In this document: in pieces, positions 47,901 to 57,989 of the stretch | Layout of the letters: every line of letters begins with the position of its first letter | Position numbering within the stretch: position 1 is the stretch's first letter | NCBI GenBank assembly: GCA_001643675.2 | Contig: LSRY02000001.1 | Span: 558,001-622,000, forward strand | DNA length: 64,000 bases | Origin: Monocercomonoides exilis PA203 | Taxonomy: Eukaryota > Protista > Preaxostyla | Direction of reading: 5' to 3' | Translations under genes and position numbers: made by a program | Notes under the pieces: generated by a model | What the model saw: the letters and a program-made list of their open reading frames with translations, nothing else | Databases searched by the model: none | Told to the model about the DNA's origin: nothing

Positions 47901-50900
47901 ACGAGGCTTTTCGTCTTGCTTCCGATGCTGCTGTTCAGCATAACATTCCCCCTGACGCCTTCTGCATCCAGCGACTTGATCGAGACATCGCAAGCGCTCG
48001 CTTCCCCTGTCACCTCAGCGCTTTTGTCAATCAGCAAATTGCTGTAAACTGAAGGAATGATGTGGGGCAGCGCAACATTCAGCGAAATGCACGGTTCGCT
48101 CATTGCACCACACTGGTGCGAATCGGAGGCATTGTAGGCTGAAGAAGATGCAAATATCGTCTCGCTCTGATACACAACCACAAGCAGCAATAGATCTTGC
48201 TCGTCGCCATAGTCGGGTGCTGTGCATCCCCACATCGCAAGATCCCGGACAAACGGTGCTCTGAAATCGAGCTCAAACAGTTCGACGCCTATTTGAGTTT
48301 TGACATTCGCGCATTTCACATACATGTCTCTTCCCACAAATGCTTTGTTCTCCATGAATGTGGTGTTTTTCAACAGGAAAGGAAGCAGACCATCGCTTGC
48401 AATAGATAAGCAATCCAGGAATATCGCGCCTCCTCTTCCAGTCGCCGAGCAGAAACAGCCTGAGATTGTGGAAAAACAGCACTCAAAATACCCTCCTTCG
48501 CTCAATTTCATCATCATTCCTCCGCCGTTCTCGCTCTGGCTGCTTCCACAATTCTTGATCGACGTGTTTTGCACAGACACGCTGGAAGGCTTGCTGCCGG
48601 TGCAGCTGATGATCGATGGCTCAGAAGGAGCACTTTGGCGAAGCGAGAAAAGCGTGCAGCATTTCAGTTGCACTGTTGGACTGCCATCTTCATTCAATAT
48701 CTGTAGCTCGCCTCGCAATTCAGCCTGCGCCAGCACTGCCACAATGCTTTTGCCCATCAGCTCCATGTTGCTCATCGAAACATTCGTTAAGTCAATCCTG
48801 CTGCCATGTGATATCGTCAATATATGACTTTCGACTTGGATGGATTTGAATGAGCAGCTCGATAATTCGCATGTTCCAGTCAGACAGGCTATGATGCAAT
48901 AATGAATTGCGGTGTCGGAGATGCTGGTGAAGGAGCAGCCTTGGGCAGCAAAAGAGCTGCCAGCCGTGCTTATCAGCTTCGTCTGCCCCCACCCAGAGCC
49001 ATCCCCGCAGCGGACGTCAATGTTCATCAAGGAGCTTTTTTCATTGTTTGCAAGCACACAATCGCTCTCTTCTTCCTTTCCGTTCTGAGGCAAAATTGCT
49101 GCTCCGAAAGTCAGTACAGGACGAGACTTGGCATCAACTGAAGTTACAGAGACGTTTGAAATATCGACCTCGCTGTTCACATGTGCTTCATCAATGATCA
49201 CAAAAGTGTTCATGCTCGGTTGCGCTGGCTCTTCCAAAGCACGAAAATGCTTCTGCCCAAACTCCATTGTTGCGCATGGCTCTTCTCCACTCCCACACCG
49301 CAGAACATCCCACCCGCTGTTCTTGCTGAGATAGATTTCCTGAGAAGAGAATCCAATCAGAAATCGGCACAGATCGAAGTTTGTTTTTGTGGTGTCGTTC
49401 CCCACGAACAAGTTTGTATCGCTTGCTGTCTCACTCACTTCAAACGCCAATGTCTGCTTTGTGATGGAAACGTTCAGGTCTGACGAGAGAAAGAACATGT
49501 TTTTCCCGTGCTTTGCAGAGCACTGATCAAAGGCTATCTGCTGGAAGGAGAACGCGTTGGAAGCCGAGCAGTCGAAATAGATGCCTCCTCCCTTTCCACC
49601 TGTTTCATTTTCGGCACAGCATTTTGTAAATGTGGCATTCTCCATCACAAACTGACCTTGTGTCTCAACAACAATTTTCATCGCGCCTCCCTCCATGCTC
49701 TGGGCGCCTTTGGCATTCGTGACGTTCCAATGCAAACACTCCACATGGCTTAAAATTGAGGATGAAATCAACACAGCGCTGTCTGCATTGCCATTAGCTG
49801 TCCCTTCAAAAGTGCATTGAGTAAGAGAGATAACCTCGTCACTCGTTGTGCCTCCGTTCAATAGTTTGGATGTTGGTGGTGGAACCACGCAGATGAGAGG
49901 CTGACCAGAGATATCTGATTTTTTCACATTCAATGAAATAATCGTTGTTGGAGTGCTATCCATGTTCTCCCTCACTGTAATAGGCGCATGCTGAAGATTC
50001 GCTGAACTCAATTGGCAGTAGTCCATATTGAGACTTCCTCCGCACATCTGAAACAGCCTGTAACCTATCTGGCTGACCTCGCCCTGCTGCATCTCGAATG
50101 CGCACTTTGTCAGCGACAGGTTGCTCTCAGAAGTCAAGAATATCAGAGTTTCTATTTCAGCATCAAAAGAAGAAGGAAGCAAAAAGCGGATTGACTCGAT
50201 GGATGCATTCCCCATGGCTGCCATCACTTTTCCAGTCAGAGCATTCAGCGATTTGGCACAGGTTATTCCAGCTCGTAAATCATCTGATGATCTCAAGATC
50301 AAATCGGGATGATTCAGTTCGCTCTCAATTATCGCTGATTTGACGATAGCTATTGCTTTTGCATTTTCTTCTGCCAGCCTCTCCATGCAATAATCAACAG
50401 ACTGGCACGGATAATCCGAGAACCCACACACAACAGTATCAGCACCATCCTCGCTTCCAACATGGACTGTGCTTCCAACTTCCTCCAGAAACAGAACCAA
50501 CGGAATCGAATGCTCGTGATCATTTCCATGGAACCCACACAAATCATCAAAGGAGCTATATCTAAGAGCATAAGCAAAAGGAAGTGTTTCGTTTGTGATC
50601 GATTCTCTGAGATCTGGAGATTGAACAAACAAGTTGTTTCCATGCTTCGCTTTGTTTGGCTTTCCTGACGAAAAAGAAGGATTTGTGATGGCAAATGTCG
50701 CATTTGAGTGCTCAAGATTCAGAAAGATCCCTCCCCCAAATCCCACCTGCGAATCGAAAGGCGCCTCGCATTCTTCGAAGAAACAATCCGAAACTGTTGC
50801 TGAGAATGTGTTTGGCAGCGAGAGGAACAGCGCACCACCTCCATTTCCATCACCAGAAACAACACAATGCTCAAAAGTGCATCCGCTTATTGAAGCACCG

Positions 50901-53230
50901 CAGCCATCCTCAAACCCTTCGCTCCACACTGCTTTCAGGCATCCTCCATTCTGCTCGCTCTCAACATCCCAGAATGAAGCATTGGCAAGAGAGACAGATT
51001 TGCAATCCGACAAAGCAATTGCACAGCCTTGCAAAAATCCAAATCCAGAGACATTCACGAATTTCATCGTTAACGAACCTTCTTCAACCTGAATCAAGGA
51101 TTTTGTTGATGACTGTGTTGATTGGGCGCTTTTGGTGAAACTGCACAGCTCCAGCTCAAGCGACCCAGAGCAGCCAATTGCAATTGCAGATCGGTTGAAC
51201 ACGCAAACAAATCGAACCATCTTTGCATTCAGCGAACCATTGCCGATGGAGATCAAGCATTCATTTGACGAGGCTTCGCGACACTTTATTGCAGACGCGT
51301 TGTTCTCTGCTCCGCTGAGAACGATATTTCTCCAGTCGATGTCAATCATGTCTTCTTTGAATTCTTTACTGTACATAAAAACATTCTGCCCCAAATATGA
51401 ATTCCATCTTGTTACTCCATATTCTACTGTTTGGCATTCCGAGCCTGTTCCTCCACAAGTGTCCTCGTCGCTTCCAGAATTGCTGATGTGTATTTCTGGC
51501 TGAGCTGTTGGCAGATACGAGTCATACACAACACCTCTATCTCCGCATGCCTCTGCAAATACACTGCATTGCACAACTTTTCTTGTGGCTGTTGAAAGTG
51601 TAAAACTTTGCAATATCTGAACTGTGTTGTTTGTTAAGCTAAATCCCTTTCCAATAAAAATATCTGCTGCATGTGTCGATTTATTCACTGTATTGTTCTT
51701 AAACAAGCAAAATTGGATTTTGACGTTTTTGTTGTGATCATTATCGGAAACATCAAATCCTCCTGCTCCCAGTGGAGCATCTCCATTTAATAAATAACAA
51801 TTTGACAACACAAAATCTGTTCTTGGTTCTTGAAGAAATACTGTTCCGGCATAGCGAACCAATGCTCTGCTGTTTTTGAATACAGTGTTGTAAAGTGATC
51901 CACTTCCTCCAATATACCATGCAACACTTCCTCCATAAATTGCTGAACAATTTTCAAAAGAACAGCCAATTACAATAGATAAATTATTTGCAATATGAGC
52001 AAATGCTCCTCCAATTGACCATTCTCCTTTTCCGCTGCAATTATTAAAAATTGAATTCTCAATGTGGCAATTACTTCCATTGCTAAATATTGCACCCCCG
52101 TAACCATATTGACCATTATATGTATCGGTGCATTCGGAAAACGTGCATTTTCCTACAATGAGCTTGGCACTTCCGCCAACTGAAATTGCACCCCCATGCA
52201 AAGCGCTACATTCTGCAAAGCAGCAATCTTCGAATTTGATTTCTCCTTCAGAAAATGATTGTGCTTCATTCGTAAAGTTCTGATGAAAAATGGTGTTTCT
52301 CGAACGAATGAAAGAAGTGTTCGAGGAGCTGAAACCACATCCACAAGAGCCAGAAATAAGAACACCATAAAATGGACAAACACAATCAGTGACCTTGCAG
52401 CCTTCGATTTTGCTCTCCTGCAAAGAATGCTTTTGTGGAAAGTTTTTGTTGCTGCTCCGAACTGACACATTGTGGAAGCTGCAAAAAGAAGCAGAGGCAA
52501 ATGACAAATCGACATCGCCAATGAACGGATTCGCAGACGAGGCACAAAACGAAGAAAAGGTGCTGCACAAAACATGAACGCTCCCTGTCAAAGGCTGTGT
52601 GCAGGAGCTTGCTGAAACAAGAGATGGCCATGCCTGCTTCCGAAAAGTCCTTTGGAATGAAATATTCGTCATTCTTATTGCTCCTCCTGCACACTCAAAA
52701 GCAGAAGATTCGGTCTCTGTCTCCACGCTTATAATGCAGTCACTAACAGACAATATGGACAATTCGTTTCTCACAGAAATGGCAGAAGCGATTTTCTGGA
52801 TGATATTTATTTGCTCAACTGCCAACGACGAGTTCAGAACCGTCATCCTGCTGCAAATACTACTCCACTTGTTCATATCATTATTGAGTGTGCCAGCAAG
52901 AAAGTTATGATTTAATGCCCTTTCTGAATCCACCAGCAATCGTTTTAAGCGTTTTTCTGTATTTCGTGGCCAGCCAGATGAATCCAAATCCTGCACCACT
53001 TTAGGCTTCACCACGCTGATTGCATTCACTCTGTGCGGAAAGGGCGCATTTTTGCTTGCCTCATGAGTTTCTCCTAACCTTCCAATGCTATAATATTGAA
53101 AATCGGCTTTTTTGAATGCATCTGCTTTGTAGTTCGTTTCTTCATTGCAGAAAATTGCGTGTATAATTATGGTAACACTAAAACTTGTGAAAAGCAAGGC
53201 TCCTGCTCTTCCTTTGCAACGCAACAACAT
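44921..53230 (-). CDS. Giant single-pass receptor-like pseudokinase (2769 aa), paralog of 21697-30828
   Basis: Intronless ORF with a signal-like N-terminus, GGA repeats and four CG..(P/E)C modules. TM YWLLIVIVLVVLFLIVLVVSIIFIV-RWKK. The cytoplasmic tail is near-identical to the paralog's and includes RWKAPE. Confidence 0.9.
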   Translation of the reverse strand: MLLRCKGRAGALLFTSFSVTIIIHAIFCNEETNYKADAFKKADFQYYSIGRLGETHEASKNAPFPHRVNAISVVKPKVVQDLDSSGWPRNTEKRLKRLLVDSERALNHNFLAGTLNNDMNKWSSICSRMTVLNSSLAVEQINIIQKIASAISVRNELSILSVSDCIISVETETESSAFECAGGAIRMTNISFQRTFRKQAWPSLVSASSCTQPLTGSVHVLCSTFSSFCASSANPFIGDVDLSFASASFCSFHNVSVRSSNKNFPQKHSLQESKIEGCKVTDCVCPFYGVLISGSCGCGFSSSNTSFIRSRNTIFHQNFTNEAQSFSEGEIKFEDCCFAECSALHGGAISVGGSAKLIVGKCTFSECTDTYNGQYGYGGAIFSNGSNCHIENSIFNNCSGKGEWSIGGAFAHIANNLSIVIGCSFENCSAIYGGSVAWYIGGSGSLYNTVFKNSRALVRYAGTVFLQEPRTDFVLSNCYLLNGDAPLGAGGFDVSDNDHNKNVKIQFCLFKNNTVNKSTHAADIFIGKGFSLTNNTVQILQSFTLSTATRKVVQCSVFAEACGDRGVVYDSYLPTAQPEIHISNSGSDEDTCGGTGSECQTVEYGVTRWNSYLGQNVFMYSKEFKEDMIDIDWRNIVLSGAENNASAIKCREASSNECLISIGNGSLNAKMVRFVCVFNRSAIAIGCSGSLELELCSFTKSAQSTQSSTKSLIQVEEGSLTMKFVNVSGFGFLQGCAIALSDCKSVSLANASFWDVESEQNGGCLKAVWSEGFEDGCGASISGCTFEHCVVSGDGNGGGALFLSLPNTFSATVSDCFFEECEAPFDSQVGFGGGIFLNLEHSNATFAITNPSFSSGKPNKAKHGNNLFVQSPDLRESITNETLPFAYALRYSSFDDLCGFHGNDHEHSIPLVLFLEEVGSTVHVGSEDGADTVVCGFSDYPCQSVDYCMERLAEENAKAIAIVKSAIIESELNHPDLILRSSDDLRAGITCAKSLNALTGKVMAAMGNASIESIRFLLPSSFDAEIETLIFLTSESNLSLTKCAFEMQQGEVSQIGYRLFQMCGGSLNMDYCQLSSANLQHAPITVRENMDSTPTTIISLNVKKSDISGQPLICVVPPPTSKLLNGGTTSDEVISLTQCTFEGTANGNADSAVLISSSILSHVECLHWNVTNAKGAQSMEGGAMKIVVETQGQFVMENATFTKCCAENETGGKGGGIYFDCSASNAFSFQQIAFDQCSAKHGKNMFFLSSDLNVSITKQTLAFEVSETASDTNLFVGNDTTKTNFDLCRFLIGFSSQEIYLSKNSGWDVLRCGSGEEPCATMEFGQKHFRALEEPAQPSMNTFVIIDEAHVNSEVDISNVSVTSVDAKSRPVLTFGAAILPQNGKEEESDCVLANNEKSSLMNIDVRCGDGSGWGQTKLISTAGSSFAAQGCSFTSISDTAIHYCIIACLTGTCELSSCSFKSIQVESHILTISHGSRIDLTNVSMSNMELMGKSIVAVLAQAELRGELQILNEDGSPTVQLKCCTLFSLRQSAPSEPSIISCTGSKPSSVSVQNTSIKNCGSSQSENGGGMMMKLSEGGYFECCFSTISGCFCSATGRGGAIFLDCLSIASDGLLPFLLKNTTFMENKAFVGRDMYVKCANVKTQIGVELFELDFRAPFVRDLAMWGCTAPDYGDEQDLLLLVVVYQSETIFASSSAYNASDSHQCGAMSEPCISLNVALPHIIPSVYSNLLIDKSAEVTGEASACDVSIKSLDAEGVRGNVMLNSSIGSKTKSLVSCSSRVKMEFLTFLFGSAFSSSHSSLLSLIDGNLSIADTAFAQEDWGGNSEMKLNCSIILVKNGRLSINGCTFASLCLGSSCVAARGGQCCSFVDLNISDMNCKGLFDFRNLMNISMQQVLISSCTLEQSALLLRNCKDSQLQKVQIRNAESTASLIVLSSDGSGDHSNIQCNHSEFDAISVLSGSLLSVECADANVEMNFLAISNAKLREGCAMSVTSNASTFRLKQSTYQNITRESFGSCCLASSSSSSYLLMELENCTSQKCISSSYKGRIATLTNLTDVDLSSCVFDGAAGVQQFGVNEDSLENLCLWNGSMVDLQNCSGLMKDSTLANSENGGLSLSCGSVEIFDGKFENNNLSIANYGSARRNILCENTAKLKVTSLKGGDGVKDNTSLWILDEGCSLEGIAGERESPFFIPRVESVSLEKSGEKVDIVFRGSVLLPCNLSFKTVVAVGDEEVVEKYSFDASGFISEEEVHGSVPVKTIEGVPSEAEVSVCILFGKADLPSATDSFILKNKSESKTSGDEKLVEGGKEGKSYWLLIVIVLVVLFLIVLVVSIIFIVRWKKVKNEAEDLREIVNDNIKKDPKAFEMVTMEMSPEEQWRRAERETEKKNEEKMKKRVYAKTLEHSESSEHLLSESGSTEYILGRDSDKIPQWMLEKVDEKEEETRKRTPSPSISSTSTTDSDSTFVRGEDLCPTTSSMSNLVDAMACSSPHEKLIVDLRDSLFMLLHGRNEKKEMVIGTLQQREQTAAQILFWVANLALHSFDEMEVPLQSLDNLSPHIVLFSEHMVICVTMHSDCSSSDSDSSSISSLSIVSSSSNISVLSERFTDSPPPSSAFEDEDDFKKECLRWKAPELQMNKKMGATKKSVAFSIGMMLWECLTLDVPFGEYEAELAGDKIVNGERPTNRADGESSLHECVKTCLSQEAKDRPKLMELKREFIQRFPPGAVIVTISDAVDYECFSDCQRENEESKESDESGRSNSKTLLVNGK

Positions 53231-53268
53231 GATTGTTTTCTTGATATTTTTATTTTACAACGAAGATC

Positions 53269-53482
53269 AATGTTTTCAACTATTGGTTATCATATTCAAA
53301 TGGGACAAATTTTTTGCAATTATGAAAAAAAACTGAGGTTTGCTTTAAACTTTGCTGCAATTATATCAATACAAAAGTTTCATTTCAATGCAAAAAAAAA
53401 CTGAAAAATACCAAAATCAAGAATAATATTTGAAAGAGAAGAATGGAACAAAATTCATAAAGCAAAATATTTTGTCCCAAAT
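53269..53482. repeat. ~200-bp degenerate direct repeat, copy 2 (immediately upstream of the receptor gene)
   Basis: Colinear similarity to 44207-44409. Confidence 0.75.
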
Positions 53483-53487
53483 CATCC

Positions 53488-53630
53488 AAAAAAAAAAAAT
53501 AAAAAAAAAAAGAAAGAAAGAAAAAAAAAAAAAAAAAAAAAGAGAGAGAGAGAGAGAAGAAAAGAAAAGAAAAGAAAAGAAAAGAAAAGAAAAGAAAAGA
53601 AAAGAAAAGAAAAGAAAGAAAGAAAGAAAA
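53488..53630. repeat. Poly-purine tract: poly-A, (AG)n and (AAAAG)n microsatellites
   Basis: Read directly. Confidence 0.9.
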
Positions 53631-54082
53631 ATTAAAAATAAAAACCATTATCTTTACAGTGCATGATTTCTCTTCTTCAATTCTCTGAAATCTCATGGAA
53701 TGTTAAAGAAAAGCAAAGGAAGTATCTAAAGGAACATTTACCACTCAAATGGATAAAGAGGAGACTTATCAAACTGATGAATGAAAGAGGACTCACATAT
53801 TTGAGTTTCATGAAACTTGCTAAATAAACATAACTTTTTCAAAATGATTAATGAAATGGTTAGAAGAAAATGAAAATTATTTTTATTCTCTCTTTTTTTT
53901 CCCGTTCATTTCATCAAAATGAAGTGAGACATTAAAAATAAAATAGATGAAAGACTCAAATGATTGTTTGCTTTCTATTTTGCGAAACGATAAGAAAAGA
54001 AAAGAAAAGTAAGTGAATTTCTGTGCTTCAAAGTTCAATGAATTTCTTCAAACATTTTTTCAGTATAATCTGAAATATCGAA

Positions 54083-54085
54083 TCA

Positions 54086-54147
<62 letters not shown>

Positions 54148-55515
54148 TTTCTTCGTAAATAAAGTAATATGCTTCATGAAAGCTTGTGATGATATCATCG
54201 TATCCTTCTTTTTCCATCTTTTCAAACAGCTTCCTTTTTGTTGCCTTTTTATTCTCTTTATCTATTTCAAAATTATCCTCTTCTTTCAATTTCCTTGATG
54301 CAAACTTAAAAAATGAAATGCACTCAAAAGTCATTTCATCGTCCATAGTTGATCGCTGAATCATCTCCAAAACAGTACCAACAGCTCCCCCTTTCACCAA
54401 GTGATCAATCTTCACGACTCCATTTTGTGCCACAGTTTTCAATAAAGAAACACACCAATCGCAAATATCTTTGTAATTATCTCTTGCAACTCGTAATAAT
54501 TGCGAAATGCTGTGGACAAGCAGAATAGATTCTTCATTCCTCAATATGCAATTGCAAAAACAAGAATTCAATGTTACAAGCCATCTCCTGATCATAAGCA
54601 CTTCTTTCGCTTCTTTTCCTCTATCTTCCTTTTTCTTCTTCCAATCCACACTCTTTGCCAACTCTTCCAATTCTCTTCCTGCTTCTCTCTCAAAATGCAG
54701 CCTATTCACATAAACACTTTCCAAACTATAATCTTTGAATGACATCTTTATTAAAAATTTCCAAGCTGATTGATACGCCAGGCGTGTCAGGTTGTGACAT
54801 TCCTGGTGATGTTCAATGATCTCCTTGATCTCATTCAGATACAATTCTTTATCCAATTTCTTATCAAAAAAACAAGGGAAAAAAAAGCGAAAATTTCAAA
54901 ATGGGGAAAATGTTCTCAAACTTTAGTCCCAATACCGCTCAAAGCCAACAAAACCATTTCCACTTCCTTTTTTGCTTCCTCGTTTTCCTCTTTGCTCAAT
55001 GCGATTTTGATAAGACAGCGCACACAGATTGAAAGAAATTTTGAGGAATTCCATCTGTTAAGCAAAAGATAGCATTCGCAAAGATCAACAAGAAGCTTTT
55101 CATTTTTCCCTTCCTTCTTCTTTTCTTCTTCTAATATCATCTCTTCAAATCGTTGATTCAATGAAGAGCTCCCAAAGCTTTGAATAAAAATTCTCTTCAG
55201 CCTGGTGCAATATCCAATGTGTTTCAACAACAGAATGGCATTTCCAAAATTCATTTTCTTTTCATCAATCATTTTTTGAATTTTGTCGAACTGTTCTATC
55301 GAGAAAGCACATTTGAGATCTTCCCTATTCATCTCTTCCATCTCTTCATTCATTTCTTCGATTTTCTGTTTTTGCTCTTCCTCATCACAAGTTTCAAACT
55401 TTGAAAATAATTCTTCAAAAAATAAATAAGATAGTAAGAAATCAAATCAATAAGAATTCAAATGCAACAATGAATACAAACCTGCGAACTTTTTTGAATT
55501 GCCTATCTCATGCAC
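54083..55515 (-). CDS. Helical-repeat family gene (copy C), 3 exons, poly-Asp tail; start codon unclear
   Basis: ORFs 54916-55353 and 54083-54856 are joined by a GT-AG intron, and the first intron is 55413-55481. It carries the same family motifs as copies A and B. (GAT)n at ~54086-54147. No clean in-frame ATG was found (GTG at ~55515). Confidence 0.75.
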
Positions 55516-57113
55516 CTTTAAAAAAATATATAGCAGATTGAAAGCATGTCATTTTGATATTCACATTGAAAGTTCATATGTTTGGATAGAAGAAATAGTT
55601 GAAAAATAAAAACTCAAAATAGCCCATAGAAATATTTTCTTTCAAACTCTCATCATAAATATTAACATTTTTGATTTGTAATTACAAAGATAAAGAACGC
55701 TCTATCTTTTCTGTTTATTGTTATGGATGTTCTGATCGAGTTGTTTTCTTTGAACGAAATTAACCATTGGAAAGATGAGAGTTGGTTAGGAAATCTATCT
55801 TGTGGAATACGCGAAATTATTTTGAGAGGTTGCGCGAGACAGCGACTTTAAGGCATCGATGATGGAATTGGGCAAAATGATTTTTATGAAAAGCGTCTTT
55901 GAAGGAACTTCAACAATTTTTTTTAAAAAATCGAAATATTCGCATGTATGCGTTTTTTTATCGTTCTTGTTTGTTGAGAAGATGCTTTTATAAACCATCT
56001 TTTCAGAGTCCAAGAATCTGATAAAATATAAAAATGGCCAATTTTTTGTTTTTCTGAGGAGATCATAAGAAGAGAGCTGTGCCAAGATCCAGTCAGCAGA
56101 TGTGAATTGCAAAATTTCCGTATTCAGTTGGGAGAGGGTAAGAAAATGAGAAAAATTGAAAAGCATTTTGATGAGAGCGAAATGGAATTCAAACAATTGG
56201 ACAATTATTGGAAAGAATTGAATTCGGAGATCTTTTTTTGGAAAAAAAAGTGGATGAGAAGATCGAAAACAGGATATTTATGTGGGAAAAAAGGATGATG
56301 GAGAAAGAAGCAGTAAGATTCAATGGAAAAAAAGAATGGAATCATCTGTGATTGAACAATCTTCTGCATTTGCAATATGGAGGGTGTATGTGCTCTTTTG
56401 AAGATTTTTTATTACCAATACAATTCTGATTATTTTTCATGTTTTTCAATCATTTTTCTATTTCAGATAACAGCATTTTTTGTGTTGAGCGTCAATTGCG
56501 AGGACAATCCATTTCAAGCAGCACTTTTTCAAATTGTTTGGTTTTTTCTCATTCTCCTTTAATCTCTTCATTGACGAGATTTTTTTTAACTTGACTGATG
56601 GAAAGAACGCCTTCTTCGTATTTGAGAATTTGATGTTTGAATAGCCATAAAATTCTCATGTTGCAACACAAAATAAATCTACATTCTGTTGTTGCTGTTG
56701 TCTGTTATGAAATTCGAATCTGTTCATTATGCCTGCATTTTCTTCAAATGAGTCTTGCTCGCCTTTGCCGCCCAGCTCGTCCAAAGAGCATCATCGAACT
56801 CATTTCATTCCATTTCTCTCTCAGATGCCCCTTCTTCTTTTTCTTCTTTCGTTCTTTCTTCATATCTGCTTCTGCAAGAATTTTATTTGCAAAAGTGGTC
56901 ATTGTATTGAACTCTGATCATTAAGCATTCGTTTCTTCTTCTTCTTCTTCTTCACCGTCACTTTCTTCTTCTGAATACTTCACATTGAATGATATGCATC
57001 CACTGCAACATTACCCCAGCTGTCAAACTTCTTTCCCATCAATTTCTTCTCAACTAGAAACAAATGAAGAACAAAATACGGATGGTACGAAAACTAATAC
57101 AAATTCAATTAAC

Positions 57114-57144
<31 letters not shown>

Positions 57145-57989
57145 GCAATGATAATAACATTAACAAAAACGACAGAAAAGAACTTCTTTCATCTTCGATG
57201 AGGAAAAGAGGGCATTCGACACCTGAACTGTCACTATCAACGGAGAAGATGAAGAAAGCAGATGTTTTGTGTGATTGTGCGAAGGATCAAGTGAATAAGA
57301 AGGAGAATGCTGATTCATTGACATTAATATCAGATGATATGAAATCGTCTTCATCTTCTTTGTCTCCAAATTCTTCTTCTTCTCCTTCTCCTTCTTCTAT
57401 CGATATATCAAGAACTGAATGATTTGTATTTCCTTTCATGTTATTTGTGATAAAAAGTCTATTTGGGCCAAAATCAGTATTTTCATTCTTGTTTTGCTCT
57501 TCTTCAACGCCTTCTTCAATGAGCAACAAAAATGTTTTAAATTTCTACAGATGCAACTCCCGTGGAATTCAAAGTCAAACATTATCATCAATTTTCTATT
57601 CATAATCGCAAAATGAAAATTCATTCTTGTACAGAATTTCATCTAGGCCTAACACAGCAACGAAATGATTCTATATTTAGCCAAGAAAAGTCTATCAGAT
57701 GGCGTTCAATAAAAAAGGAGGCTGACTTTGCCATATTGGATGTTCTTCTTCAGATTTTCAATGTCATGCGCCTTCAGTAATCAATCAAAGATGAAATAAT
57801 GAGAGAAAGCGATTGGAGGAAAATTCATTTTTGAAAGGAAAATTCAATGAAACAGCCGAATTTACAGCAGACATGTGTGATTAATCCATCAAAAGTGTTT
57901 TTGAGTCAATTTCTTATTTTTTGTGTTTGTGCCTTCTCTTCAAATTTCTTCGACTTTGCCTTCATTTGCACATAATTTCACAATTTGTT

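Noticed and set aside
56985-57422. 145-aa Asn/Ser-rich ORF
   Set aside because: It is low complexity, driven by (AAT)n and (TCT)n repeats, with no recognisable domain. It may be part of a decayed gene but cannot be supported.
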